A DNA stretch of 64,000 nucleotides from Rhynchopus sp. YZ270_cl-10 (lineage: Eukaryota). Position 1 is the stretch's first letter. Each line of letters starts with the position of its first letter. Made by a program: the position numbers and the translations under genes. The DNA lies in assembly GCA_964035575.1 (NCBI GenBank), contig OZ037840.1, positions 1,054,001-1,118,000 of the forward strand, read 5' to 3'. Of the stretch, positions 1 through 12,696 are shown in pieces. A model generated the notes under the pieces. The model searched no databases and was not told the DNA's origin. It worked only from the letters and a program-made list of their open reading frames with translations.

Positions 1-1632
1 TATCGATTTGGGATGTTCGATATGCCAGGGTTGTTTCCGCAGAAAGGTGAGCAAAGTAGGTGGCAGCATCACCGTGATGTGTCGGACTGTGAGAAACTGC
101 CCTGCGCAACGGAGGATATGGCGAAAGTGCTCTTCGCCATCGCGATTTTCGTGATAGATTTTCTTGCAACCAGAGGCTTCGCTCGGAGAATCCTGAAGGA
201 GCAGGCAGCAATGGAGAGAACGGTCAGTGTGGTGCAGGAGATTGCGAGTCTGCTAGCAAGGTACGACGTGGAGGGTGTGGCGGAGATGCTGAAGGTGCAA
301 AGGGACGAGCTCCCAGAGGAGATGCACGCAACACTGCAGAGGATGGAGGAGAACCTGCGGAAGTACCGTCCCTACCTCCCCGCAGCGCTGTTTGAGGAGG
401 AGGGTGGTGCGCCAAGCGCGTCTGTGCCGCCACCTGTGCTTGAGAACGACGTGGGAACGATTGTCTTTACAGACATCCGTTCGTCGACGTCGATCTGGGA
501 GTGTGCGCCAGAAGGGATGCGTGCTGGGCTGAAGATCCACAACGCTGTGATGCGTGAGGTGATGCAGGTGTTTGGTGGGTACGAAGTGAAGACAATCGGC
601 GACGCCTTCATGGTTGCCTTCGCAACAACAGCTGACGGTGTGAACTTTGGCCTGCAGGTGCAGGAGTACCTTCGTGAAGCACACTGGCCTGCGTCGCTGC
701 TTGAGGAGGCACCGATCTGTGCTGAACAGGGACCACTTTGGGGTGGACTGACTGTGCGCATTGGTGTCAACACTGGCACTGTGACTGTGGAGCAGAACAC
801 ACTGACGGGACGGACAGACTACTTCGGACACACGGTGAACGTTGCTGCGCGTCTTGAGAGCACATGCACGCCAGGAGCTGTGGCTGTGCCCTCGGACCTG
901 TGGACTTCTGTCTGTGGGTTGTGCAGTGCTGTTGCTGGTGAGGCTGAAGCACTTGCCTTGAAGGGTGTGTCACAGCCAATGCGTGTGCGTTGCTTGTGGC
1001 CCGTCTCACTTGCAGGCAGGCGTGAGACGCGCCTGCGCGAGCCTAGCGACGTGAGGGGCGGGAATGTTCTTGAGTCTGAATCAGAGAGGTGCTCCACACA
1101 CAGCTACTCACTGAGCTCCTCCGCCTCGTTGTTCCCTACGCTGGCCGATGCCACTGCCACTGTGGGCATTGTGGACATCGCTGTCGGGGAGAGCAGACAC
1201 ACTGCACTGCATGCACTCAACGCAGGGCTCGCGACACTCATGATTGCACTGGACCAGAGCGGCGGGATGCTGGTGACGCTGCTTGGGAGCTCTGTCTGTG
1301 TCGGGTGGAACCTTGCCCGCTCTGCACCGTCACACATGGAGAACGCAATCCGGTTTGCACAACGCATCTTGGCGACGACAAATCTGTGTGGGGCTGGGAT
1401 TGTGAGCGGCCCTGTGCAGCACGGGGATGTGGGTGCACGGCAGCAACGCTTTGTGACAGTCATGGGACGGACTGTGCGTCGGAGCTGGGCGCTGTGCGAG
1501 GAGGCGATGGCAGGTGACGGGGGTGTGTGCCTGTTCGAGCCTCCTGAAGGGGCCGTCCTGCCTTATTCCCTTGACCATGTTCTCGTGCGCGCTCACGACT
1601 ACGTATACACGATCGTTGCCACCCAAACCTGA
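1..1632 (+). CDS. Class III adenylate cyclase, 5'-partial: last TM helix, intact cyclase domain, second degenerate cyclase domain
   Basis: Frame is open from base 1. TM segment VLFAIAIFVIDF. Catalytic motifs TIVFTDIRSST, YEVKTIGDAFM and DYFGHTVNVAARLES (K/D specificity pair indicates ATP). C-terminal GWN...HGDVG..QQRFVTVMGRTV looks like a decayed second cyclase domain. Confidence 0.9.
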   Translation, partial: YRFGMFDMPGLFPQKGEQSRWQHHRDVSDCEKLPCATEDMAKVLFAIAIFVIDFLATRGFARRILKEQAAMERTVSVVQEIASLLARYDVEGVAEMLKVQRDELPEEMHATLQRMEENLRKYRPYLPAALFEEEGGAPSASVPPPVLENDVGTIVFTDIRSSTSIWECAPEGMRAGLKIHNAVMREVMQVFGGYEVKTIGDAFMVAFATTADGVNFGLQVQEYLREAHWPASLLEEAPICAEQGPLWGGLTVRIGVNTGTVTVEQNTLTGRTDYFGHTVNVAARLESTCTPGAVAVPSDLWTSVCGLCSAVAGEAEALALKGVSQPMRVRCLWPVSLAGRRETRLREPSDVRGGNVLESESERCSTHSYSLSSSASLFPTLADATATVGIVDIAVGESRHTALHALNAGLATLMIALDQSGGMLVTLLGSSVCVGWNLARSAPSHMENAIRFAQRILATTNLCGAGIVSGPVQHGDVGARQQRFVTVMGRTVRRSWALCEEAMAGDGGVCLFEPPEGAVLPYSLDHVLVRAHDYVYTIVATQT

Positions 1633-2561
1633 AGCACACACACCACTGCCCTATCAATTTTATTTTTTTGCGCAACAACGGCTCTTTGGAAATTAGAGGA
1701 TGGAATGGTGTGTATACACGATTCCACATATACAGTAAGACAATAAACACCGGTGGGGCAAAAACTAAGGTGTATTTTGGGATTTCAAAACTCTAAGGGT
1801 TTTTACCCCTCCGATGTTTGTTGTCTTACTGAAATTATTCAGATAAATACTCTCAATTCTGTTTTGTTTCGTTTTTTTGGGAGGGTCCAATCTAATCATT
1901 TTTTGTGTCAAATAGTTTGTGCAGGTTTTTATTATTTCTTCTAGGTCAAACGCAGTTGACAGGGGGGAAATGCTACGGTCGCTCTATCTGTTTTCACCCT
2001 CATTTGTGCTCCTCTCTTCCCACATCACTTTCTGTATTTCAGAACTTTCACTTTATTACCTTTTCTTTTTGGCTCTTTTTTTTTTTTGTAAAGTGGAAGC
2101 GTACAACCAACAAACTCTCCCCCTGTTTCGTTTCCAATTTTTTTCCTGTGTGGGTGATAGCTATAGACACTGTAGTATATATTTTTTTTTCAAAAAAAGA
2201 CAAAACCCCTATCTGTTGGTGATCAGGATCAGTATCAGTCTTAAAAATACAAACACCGCAAAAAGCCTACCCCCCCGAATACCCAATTTTCCCATTTTCT
2301 TCCACCCCAACCTTTTTTGTCAAACCTTCCTTTTTTCCCCAAAAAAAAAACCCCCCTCACAGAAAACCATGTCTCCCCCACCGTGAACACCACACACCCT
2401 TTTTTTTTTTGCGTTTTTTTTTTTTTATTTTTACGTTTCTTTCTTCTTCTTCCTCTCCTCTCTATCATCCCCTCTATCCTCGCTTTTTTTTTAAAGGTGA
2501 CTAAGCAGAGAGCGAGGCTTAGGATTCATCTTATAAACTTTTCTCTTTTTTTAAAGACGCA

Positions 2562-5500
2562 ATGCTGAACGCAGTGCATGACCCGATAACGGATACACTG
2601 TCGAAACGAGCAGGGTCGTTTTCACAAGGTTCGCTCCTTGGGGGGTCGACGCGGGATTTGCATGCATCTGCGTCTAGTGTAGGTCCGTCACCTAATTCTA
2701 CTCCTTCGCCGCTTCTCAGGTCGGCGAATCTTCCTATATTGCAAAGTAATTCTCCTCTGTCGGGGTCGTTCGCGAATGCACCATTGACGCTTGGGACACC
2801 AGCGATAGGGTGTGCGGCAGGGAATAACGGATACATCACCAGCAGCAGAGAAGGGAGCCCCCCTAGAGAGTTCCTCATCACCCCGGCGAATTCGCACAAC
2901 GCAAACCCGCTGCAGAATGATCACCATTCGTCGCCGTCGTCGCCGGTGTTAAGGGGGAAGTCTCCACTCACGATACCAACTACAAACAGTAAAGGAAGCA
3001 ACGGCGCGAAGTGGACCATCGCAGACGATGATTCTGATGTGGAAAACATGCTGCGTGGGGTAGTGTCGAATGCGCCGGATATCCGCAGGGTGTTGAGTGT
3101 AGGGGACGACCCGTTGACGCCAGCGCAGGATGGTGTGGCGGCAGCGCGGCAGCATACCCCTGATGTAGGATCTGCGGCGTCACCGGTGCTGTTGGCGCAG
3201 GGGGGCATGAGGGTGCCGTCGATTTTGAGTACCGTTTCATCCGGGCCATCACCGAATTCGTCTCCAAGGGTAGTGAGGAGGGAGGGGAGTGGTCCGGTGT
3301 TGCAAGCAATGCAGCAGCAACATCAGCAGCAGCAGCAGCAGCAGCAGCAGCAAGAGGAGCAACCCCAGCCAGCATTCACCAAGGCAAGACCCCCCTCGCT
3401 CAACCCGAGCCTCTTCACCTCCGGGAGTATCCAGAACAACAGCTTCGGGCGGCCCACATCAACAGGCCCGCTGCTTGCAGGCGCCACGGAGCAGGGCAGC
3501 TCCCGCCTCCTCACCACCAAGGTGCCCTCCCCAAGGGTCTCCGCACCCCCTTCCCCACGCCTTCTAGGGATGACCACCACCACCACCCACACCACGACCC
3601 CGCTGCAGACCCAAGGCAGAAGCCCGACCTCCCCGCTCCCCAGCCCATACGACAGCGAAGGGGACACTGCAGGGACACTCTGCTGCTCCGTGATCGAACA
3701 GCATCTACGGTTGTCCCCTGTTGTCAAGACCGCTGGGGCGGGAGCATCTCATTTGTACGCCACCTTCGTCTTTGCAGGGAAAGGCGAAAAGGGGGCAGTT
3801 GATATGACTACAAAGGTTCGGGTCTCTGCTGGATCATCCCCTCGGGCCGTGAAAGGGCAGGTTTTGGCAAAAATCGCAGCACGGCATGAACTCGGTTTGG
3901 ACCCGGAGATGTTTACTCTGAGAAGGGTCGATCCAAGCCTTGCTACCCCTGAGTATTTGTACGGCGACTCTGCCTTGCGGGACTTCGCTTTTATTGATAA
4001 AAACCAAAAATTTTTGGATGATCCTAACATAGAATGCTGCCGCCTGCAGTTGGTTCCTGTAGACTCCTTTGTGGATATTGCTGGGAGCAGACCTGGTGCA
4101 ATCACTGTCGCAGGGAAAAGCATTAAACTAAGAAGACGCAGTGGTGCTGGAACCTCTAGCGGTAATACACCACACCAGGCATCCCTCACTGCACCCTTCA
4201 GTGAAAACAACCGTAGCCCTAATAGAATCAGATCGCCTTCGCTGGGAGGGGTAGGTGGGAGTGCCGCGTCTCTATTTAGCACCCCGTTGCTCCCGATGAC
4301 GCCGCAGGTAGTGAGGTCTACCTTGCAGGAAAAGAGAATTTCGTTGTGTGGAGGCGAATTTAAGGTCGCCCTAACGCACCGCCATTTTATGAATTCGGAC
4401 GGAGTGCAGACCCATTTTGAGACCAAAATTGAGGAGAATTTGTCTGTCGAGGAGATTCTTGCTTTGCTAAACAAAAGGGAGGAAAACGCTACGGTACGTC
4501 CTCGGCGAAGTGTTACTCCCGAAAGCTGCCACGTCGGCATTAGTGCAGAGGAAAAGAAAAAACGGAGTACCCTGCCTCCAAGCCCACGACCCTTTTTTGG
4601 AAAGGTTCTATCTCCGAGTGGTAGATCGGTGGTGGCGCAGGCAGCGCATTTGGGGGTTCCGTTGTCATCTACTCCGACGATGTTGACCAAAAAGGCGGCG
4701 CAAGAATTGACAGATCGGCGTCGAGCAGAGTTTGGCAGTCTTGCACAAATGGCAGAAGAGCAGGAAGGGCACGACACAAACAACAGTAGCACCAAGGGGA
4801 CCTCCTCTTCCCCTATGCGAACAAAAAAGCCGGCCCGAGCGACGCACCCCCACCGCGACGACAATGAAACGATCGCATTGCACAGAGACAACAACTCCTT
4901 CTCGTTCAACCCTACTCCGAGGGACGAAGGCGACGTCCGGAGCGGTCATGACTCCACCTCCACCGCCTCCCCTCGCGGAGAGCGCACCGCCTCCGCCGGC
5001 GGCGCCTCTGTCCGCGCTGCAGCGCACTCCCTCCTCCACCTCCAAACCCCTTTACTGCGTCGGGAAAACACCGCGGATTTCCCTACCAGCTCGACCCCTG
5101 CGAAGCGCGCACGGTCTCAAACCATGGGTGGAGGAAGGAAACGCGGTTTTACAGAATCGGGATTAGTCTCTGGGGTCCGCACATTAGTTTCGAAGAAGAA
5201 AATCCGCTTCAAAGAAGGCGGCTACGACCTGGATTTGACCTACATCTCTGACCGCATCATCGCCATGGGGTACCCCTCCATAGGGAAGGAAGCCTACTAT
5301 CGGAACAAAATGGAGGACGTGGAAACATTTTTCGAAGAGAACCACGCTGGCTCTTACAAAGTGTACAACCTCTGTGAAGAACGTACCTACGCATTGGGGA
5401 AGTTTGCGGGGTCGGTGGCGAGATATCCGTTTTTCGATCATTGTCCCCCGCCGTTTCATCAGATGATACCGTTGTGTGAGGATGTAGCGGAATTTTTGGG

Positions 5501-6107
5501 GAAAAAACCGGAAAATGTTGTGTCAATCCATTGCAAAGCGGGGAAAGGCAGAACTGGTACTATGATTTGCGCCTATCTCCTCTACGCAAAGGAATGCCGC
5601 ACTGCCGAGGAGGCGCTGCACCACTTCGGCCAGAGACGCACCTCAGACGGGAAGGGTGTCACCATTCCCTCCCAAATCCGCTATGTACGGTACTTCGAGC
5701 AGGCGCTCCGCCACCAACCCGACGAAAAAGCTGTCATCTTTCAGTCAATCAAAGTCCACGGGGTACCTAGATATAGGGACGGAGGATACGACCCGTTTTT
5801 CACAGTGCATCGGAACTCCCCAGAGAACCCTAATACAGATGTGTTGTATGACTCGCGTGACGCCCAGCCGGTGCGTTTCACGGTGAAGGATTGTGAGTTG
5901 AAACTGCACAGAATGGTGGTGCTGCGGGGGGATGTGCAGCTGCAGTTTTTTCACTACGACAAAACGTTGTCGAAGGCGCAGAAGATGTTTCAGTGCTTCT
6001 TCAACACTTCGTTCCTCCCGCCCTCAGGTGCGTTGCTTCTGCCGAAGAGCGAGCTCGACAAGGCAGCGAAGGATAAAGACTGTAAATATTTCGACGCGAA
6101 TTTTGCG
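2562..6107 (+). CDS. PTEN: PTEN/TPTE-family lipid phosphatase, exon 1 (low-complexity N-terminus, putative Ras-binding-like domain, phosphatase and C2 domains)
   Basis: LVSKKKIRFKEGGYDLDLTYISDRIIAMGYP, WPD-like PFFDH, P-loop HCKAGKGRTG, VTIPSQIRYV, C2 motifs GDV...F, FFNTSF and KSELDKA. The exon ends at FDANFA, followed by a GTATGT donor at 6108. Confidence 0.9.
3311..3352 (+). repeat. (CAG)n poly-Gln tract in the PTEN-like gene
   Basis: cagcagcaacatcagcagcag... encodes QQQHQQQQQQQQQQ. Confidence 0.9.
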
Positions 6108-6416
6108 GTATGTCATTTTGTTTATAAGAGTTGTATAGGGATTGTTTAGTTAAAACTTAAGAATGGAAGATCGCTCACTCTTTGTGTGAATCTGGAGTGA
6201 TTATGGGGAAGGCAAAGAGTTTTTTTTTTAAAATCAATATCATCCACTTTATGTGAGAGTTTTATAGGGATTTTTTAGTTAAACGGAAGATGTGTGAATC
6301 TGGAGTGGCTATGGGGAAAGAGTGGCAAAGTATTTTCAAAAAAAAATTCAATTCCTGGGTACATTTTTTGCACCCTATTTTTTGCATTATTTTTGTTTCG
6401 CTAAGAAAAGAATGTA

Positions 6417-8447
6417 CCGTAATCGTAAAAATTGTGGACCGTAAAAATGTTCCAGTTTGCCAAAAAACCCCAAAAAGTTCCAGAATTTTTACGGTCCAAC
6501 ATTTTTTGGGGGGGTTTTTTTGTGTTAAGGGTAGCACAATTAAAAATATTGTTTAGTGTCCTGCGCGCGAACAGATTTTTGGAAATCCAAAAAAAAAAAA
6601 TAATTGGGACACAACTACAAAAAAAATAATTTTTATGGTTGGTAGGTTGAAGTCAGGACGGACGAAGTCTCGGAGGGCCCTAAGGGGGAAGGTAGGTAGG
6701 GCACTTCTGTCTGGGAAAAAGTGATCACTAGTGTGACCCCACCGTGGAGAGCAATCGGCTCGTGCAATCAAAAGAAAGTGGAGAAAAGGTACAAGAATAA
6801 AAAAAGTTGGGTACCGTGCGCCTGCGGCGCTGCCTGTTCCTACCAGTTTCTACAGGCAAACACTTGCCCCCTTTACCTTACACTGACGGATTTTGACCAA
6901 AACCAAGAACTTGTCCATTTCGGCAAATTGACCCCACCACACAACGGACAGATTCCGAAAATGCAAATGCCGATGTTTTCGCGCATTTTCATGTTTCAAG
7001 ACGTCAGGATCAGGGAGAGAAAGTCTGGTTGTGGGATTTACCTTGACCCTCTTTACCCTACATGGATTTTGACCAAAACCAAGAATTTGGCCATTTCGGC
7101 AAAGTGACCCCACCACAGTGCGGACGGATTCCGGAAATTCCAATCGCGGTATGTTTTCGGGCTGAAAACCCACTGTTTTTTCAGGGGAAAAAATTGCTTC
7201 CAAATGTCGGAATTTTCCGAATTTTCCTGAAAATGACCCTTGTTTACGAGTATGGGTTCATATTTTGCGAAAATTTAAGTCACTAAAATTTTGTCCATTT
7301 TTCCGTATATACCCCACCACAAGCCGGGATTGGCTCAGAAATGCAACAAAACGCCCCAGAGTTAGGAAATAGCCTGAAAAGAGGGCAAAATAGGTGAGGG
7401 AAAATTTATTTTTTTTTGACTAGTTATTTTTTTTTTGCGTGCGTGCGAACAGATTTTTGGGGAGCGGTGGGACACTAAACAAGGTTTTTAATTGTGCTAC
7501 CCTTAGCAGTTTTTGGTTTTTTGGTTTTTTTTTCCCCCCTTTTCCACCCACCCATCGTGGAAAAGGGGAAAGCGGGTGGATTTTTTTTTCCCCCGATGAA
7601 ACCAGTGTTTTTTCTAGGATTTGGAGTTTTTGGCTGACGGGGATGCACAGGGCAAAAAAGTGCGTATATTTTTTTCCCCGCGGTTGACCATGCAACAGGG
7701 GATTAAAAAGGTTTTGGGGTTTTTCGCTGAAACTCGGTCAAAACTCGGTCGAACCCGGGTCCCCAACCCAGCTCAAGTTGGGGGCCTCCGGCGGAATATG
7801 GGAATTCCTCAGTTATCCAACTGCGGAGTTCGGCACTTCATTGATATTTGCACTAGACACACGTGGCACGAAGTACCAGCCGGCGGTCATGGCACCCAAA
7901 GGTTCCTGGCGAAGCCACGGTACGCAACATTTCTAAGAAATGATGACATAAAATGGCACTTTCGTTGGTAATTATCTAAAATGAAAGTTTCTGGCGAAGC
8001 CACGGTACGCAACGTTTCAAAAAATTGCGCTTAAAATTGCACATTTTTACAGACAAACAGAGAAGAGCTACACTTACAGCACCTGGGACGCAAAACAGTT
8101 ATGTTTGCAGCTACGGAAACGCCGACTCCTTACTTCCTGGTGAGGCTCGCGAGAGCATGATGGGGAAGGTGAAGGGGGGGGCCGCTAGGGGGTGCGTGCA
8201 CTCCCTTGAAATCTCAAAAAAGTCTGACGGGGGTGCGCGCGCACCCCCGCACCCCCTCCAGAAAAAACACTGAATGAAACCAAAAACCGCTAAGTACTCG
8301 GCAGGCCAAAACCACATCTGGACCGTAATATATCTGGACCGTAAAAATGTTCCAGTTTGCCAAAAAACCCAAAAAGTTCCAGAATTTTTACGGTCCAAGT
8401 ATTATACGGTCCAAAATTTGTACGGTCCACAATTTTTACGATTACGG
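6417..8447. mobile_element. Non-autonomous Tc1/mariner/pogo-like element inside the intron
   Basis: TIR CCGTAATCGTAAAAATTGTGGACCGTA at both ends, TA on both flanks. A similar uninterrupted flank (aagaaaagaatgtatatga) occurs near 44172. Confidence 0.8.
6528..7503. mobile_element. Nested TIR element (AGGGTAGCACAATTAAAAA ends)
   Basis: Inverted termini at 6528 and 7503 flanked by TA. Internal segments recur near 15450-15700, 47400-47860 (reverse) and 55245-55330. Confidence 0.7.
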
Positions 8448-8783
8448 TATATGAAATAATAATTCCTCTTTCACCTCTTCCCTCCTGAACCTGGCATTGT
8501 GTGTCTCCCAAAAAATCAAAAGCGTTATGTGTGAAGTTTTGAAGGAGAGAAGAACAGCAAATATCATCATTTGTTTCTAAGGTGACTAAGCACGAGAGGC
8601 TTAGGATCATCTTATAAACTTTTCTTTGTTTTTGACTGAGATGCGTTTTAGTTTCAACTACTCTTTTTGTTGGCCTCAAAGAGGTTTCCTCTTGGCCAAG
8701 GTACTCAGTGGGAGCGTATTGCAATAAAAAAATATTACCACAGAATATTTACACACTTTACCGCACAAACAAAAAAAACACAG

Positions 8784-8897
8784 ATTGAGCTCGTGTTCCA
8801 GGAAATTGAGGATGTGCCCCACAGAGCCAGAGGTGCCTCTATCGTTGCGCAAGGAAAAGGTGAGAGTGACAGCAAAAACCCCGCAAGAACGTCGTAA
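8784..8897 (+). CDS. PTEN: PTEN-like gene, terminal exon 2 (IELVFQEIEDVPH...PARTS*)
   Basis: In frame after the CAG acceptor and completes the last C2 strand. Confidence 0.75.
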   Translation: MELVFQEIEDVPHRARGASIVAQGKGESDSKNPARTS

Positions 8898-9000
8898 AAT
8901 TTACGTTTTTTTCAAAAACACTACGTAAAAAGATCCTCCCCCAGACTCTCTTTATTTTCTTGCCCAAAAAAATTCACCTTTTTCAACAGTTTTTATTTTC

Positions 9001-9178
9001 TCTGGATGTGTGACACAGCGACGCACATTTCTCTCTCTCTCTCTCTCTCTCTCTCGTGGAAGCGTACAACTAACAAACTCTCCCCCTGTTTCGTTCCCGT
9101 TTTTCCTGTGTGGGCGAAGATAGTTATTGGCACCGTAGTATTTCTCTGGATGTGTGACACAGCGACGCACATTTCATC

Positions 9179-9214
<36 letters not shown>

Positions 9215-9230
9215 CTCTCTTTGTGTGTGT
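9001..9230. repeat. (CT)n microsatellites within a short local duplication; dispersed repeat shared with 2093-2180
   Basis: tctggatgtgtgacacagcgacgcacattt occurs twice, each followed by (CT)n. gtggaagcgtacaa..caaactctcccctgtttcg also occurs near 2093. Confidence 0.8.
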
Positions 9231-10169
9231 GTTTTGTGCGTTCTCGTCTTTCCCCCGACTCTCCTTTCCTCCTCTCTCTTCTGCAATACATAAAATTTCA
9301 AATAAAAATAGGCCTCACGCTACGTTCCCCATTTCTTCACTGAATTCGGGGCGGTGTGAGAGCTGGACTTATTTGCTTCCTTTTTTTTCGTAGTCCGAAT
9401 ACACAAATATATATTTTTTGAACGAAAAAAAAAATTACGTTCTGTTCAAAGAGGAGATATCTGTGCATTAAAAAGAAGATGTCTGTGAGGAAGCCATGAA
9501 TGAATTTCTCTTTTTTTTCCAAAGCCACGTGTCTAAGGCGATCGTGTGCTAATACAGAAAGTATCAATCAAGGCTGTCCTTACAGATGCATGTCAATGCG
9601 GCCGCGTGGGTGTGGACTTAATATTGAAGTTTCCTCCTTGTACTAGCCCAGGGAGGGTTCCCGGCTACCGGCGAGATCTCTTCCAATCTGTACTCCCAGT
9701 TTCCTAGGGGGGACCTCGTGGCTTCACTGCCTTCAGCACCCAGGGGGTAGCATTCCCAGCACCTTTTTTTTTACCCTCAGGTAGACCTTCATTGAGTTTC
9801 AGGAGGAGTGCCACCACAAAAAGTTCGGGTTGATTTCCTGTTTATTTCGTCAGGCTTCGTCGGTGAAGCACCCCGGAGGCAATTTAACGTCCAGCCCAGG
9901 ACGTCTTTTTCTCTCTTTTTTTTTCCTGTTTATTTCCCCATGCAAGGGGTAAATGGCGTAACCCCTCATACTCTGTTTCAAGGTGACTAAAGCACGAGAG
10001 GCTTAGGATCATCTCATAAACTTTTTTCTTATTTTCTGGTGGTGTGTTTTTCTTTTCAGACCAGAGTTCCCAAACTGTCTCATATATGCCATGCTCTGTA
10101 GGTCTATGTCGTCTGTGTCAGAATCCTGACCCTGTTCAGGGCAGGAACAAAGGTTAACCGGTTAGTGCT

Positions 10170-10282
10170 CACGGTGCGCTGGTCAGAGGATACCTGGCCA
10201 GTTGACCAGGTAATATGACCAGGTTTTGACCTGGTCAGATTGACCAGGTATACCTGGTCAGACCTCTGACCAGCGCACCGTG
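10170..10282. mobile_element. Tiny CACTA/CMC-like MITE
   Basis: TIR CACGGTGCGCTGGTCAGAG, 2-bp CT duplication, internal tgaccagg/cctggtca subterminal repeats. Same family as 49882-53235. Confidence 0.75.
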
Positions 10283-10597
10283 CTGGGAGGGGATGGGAGG
10301 GGGGGGGCCCTCAGGGGGGAACGAAAGGGTGTGATCTTGTTTCGTTGTTTTCTGATCTGTTCCGTCGTATTACCATTGCCATTATTTTTTCGACCCCTTT
10401 TTGCCCCGGAGTACCTTTCCAAAAAAACAAGTAAAGTGGCAGGGCACATCCTGTCCACTCTACTAATTTTTTTCCCCATGTTTCAACATAATATTATGCT
10501 TTCAGTTTATTGAGTGGGCATACGTTGAAATACTTTCTCCGAGTGAGTGGAGCCCTGTGAGGGACAACTCATTTTTTGTTTTCAAATATTTTCCCCC

Positions 10598-11417
10598 TTT
10601 TTCAACTTACCTTCCTTCACCCCCCTGTAAGGGCAACCGTAGGTGAAGTAAGGTATAGTATTGAAATCGATGTGGGGGGGGAGTAAAGGGTCAATTTTAC
10701 AAAACCAGATTTTGAGGAAAATTTTAGCCGAAAATGGGCCCCACGTATAAGGAACCGGGCTCATATTTCTCAAAATTTAAGTGGTCAAAAAATTATCCAA
10801 TTTTCGAGATTGACCCCACCACTGCACGGGCGGATCCCAAAAATGCAAATAAGGACCCTTTTTAATTTGTTCTCTTGAAATGTATAATTTCATGTTTTCG
10901 CGAAAAAAATAACAACTGATCCCTACAAGGGTTGAAGGAAGGTGGTTGAAAATAACAATAACAACAAGAACAACTAATTGCTAAGAAAAAACGGGTGTGA
11001 TGTGGAAAACTCCGCGCGATTTTCGAAACCACCGTAGCATCCTGGCGATTTGGTGGAGGTGCTGATGCGCCTGGTGTGATCGATGTGTTGTAGTCTGTGC
11101 ATTCTGTGTTCCTTCCGCACTGCTCCAACGACGACGACAATGTGGGGAGCCTGTGGACAACTACGAGCTGGAACACGCCGAGCCTGCCGAGCCGACGTCC
11201 AACAACGCTCTCGAGCAGATGGTGCTGGATGAAGAGGACAGCCCCCCTTCTTGAACGTTTCAGATGCTGGCGTCCCAGTGGGTCTGGCAGCGTACGAAGA
11301 GCGTTAGCATACCTACAGAAGAGCAGAATGCTGGGCGTGTTGTAGATTATTTCTACAGGATGGAGTTCCACATCACACCCCGTTTTTTTCCGATAGCAAT
11401 TACTTGTTTTAGGCTCG
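10598..11417 (-). mobile_element. ~0.8-kb non-coding element with two adjacent inverted-repeat pairs (copy 1)
   Basis: Reverse-complement copy at about 58752-59557, where it interrupts a site that is empty at about 35170. Confidence 0.75.
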
Positions 11418-12292
11418 ATTCTTCTGCACCACCTATTTTGCCATCACAAAATACATACAGTATGACAAGTAATATTGGCGACCAAAAAAGTCGCCAATTA
11501 CAAGAAAACCCCCAAAATCCGCCAATATTATTTGGTCGACAAGTTTCTTGTCCTACTGAAAAGTATGTTTTCATTGTGTCAAAAAAAAAAAACATTTTTT
11601 TCATTCGCCGGAAAAAAGGCTTTTGTTAGTTGCTGTGTTGGTTTCCCCACACCCTTTTTTTGTTTCATTTGATTTAGCCAGCTAGTGTTTACACTTTGTC
11701 TACGTCTCGAATGCTTCCCGATTGAGCGTATCTAACAACAACCAAAACAAAAGAAAGTACAAGAAGCAAAGTATGAAATGCAGGAAAAATAGACAAAGAA
11801 AACAAAGAGATTTTTTTGACAACGGGACAATAAAATTTTTGTGGTGTTAATTTCACTGTTCCAGCTTTCATTAGGTGACTAAGCGAGCCTTAAGTTCATT
11901 GTTACCAACTTTTCTTTTCTTTTTGTTCGTGTACCATACGCGCAATTTTTGTCTTTTCAGGTTTCTTTATTACGCTGTGTCCTGGTGTAGTCTGTGTGTT
12001 CTGTACGCGCAGAGTAACACCCGTCACTTCTTTTTTTTGCAATGTGTTTTGTGTCTGTTGGCGGAAAAGTAAATTGTAAAGTCGTGCCTGCAAAATACCG
12101 GTTAACTCTTCGGTGAGAATACGTGAGTGAGTAGCGTACCAACTTAACAAAGACGGGGTTTTTTTAAATAAATTATTTCTGAAACGGTACGCTAGGAGCT
12201 ATTCTTCCTTTTTGTTACAAAAATAAAACAAATCTAGCTTGGGATGGGTGGAGGTGACAGAAAAAAACATTCAGGTATTTTTTTAAAGGATA

Positions 12293-12696
12293 AAGGGCAC
12301 TCTGGGCCACTATGACTTTTGGACAGTATGGGCTCAAAAACGTTAAGAAAGACAGTTCAGACCCAGGCAGTGGCGGTAGTTTCATCAGGGTCTGGTTGAC
12401 AAGAACACTCGTGTGTTATGTGGGTTTGCGGGTTCTCGCGTCTGTAGTTCACCCAGCAGGCTCGTGGGTTTTATGTGGGTTGACGCGCAGGCTACAATAG
12501 AACCCCCGAGAACCCACATAAAACCCACAAGAGTGCTGGGTGAACCACAAACCCGAAAACCCACATACCACACAGGTGTGCTTGTCAACCAGTCCCTGAA
12601 ATGATACCACTACCACTGCCTGGGTCTGAACTGTCTTTCTTTAAAACGTTTTGGGCCCATACTGTCCAAAAGCCACTCAGTGGCCAGACTGTCCTC
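12293..12696. mobile_element. ~400-bp imperfect foldback MITE
   Basis: Arms ttttggacagtatggg...gacagttcagacccaggcagtgg and their reverse complement surround a short centre near 12481-12510. It ends where homology with the paralogue 2 upstream region begins. Confidence 0.75.

Larger units (their letters stand above)
6108..8783 (+). other. Predicted GT-AG intron (2676 bp, phase 0) of the PTEN-like gene
   Basis: GCG|GTATGT ... ACACAG|ATTGAG. Splicing gives FDANFA-IELVF, matching the PTEN-C2 terminal F..NF.VEL.F pattern. Confidence 0.75.

Noticed and set aside
6108..6149. ORF-track C-terminus VCHFVYKSCIGIV of the PTEN-like protein
   Set aside because: Begins at a GTATGT donor; a better-fitting exon exists at 8784.
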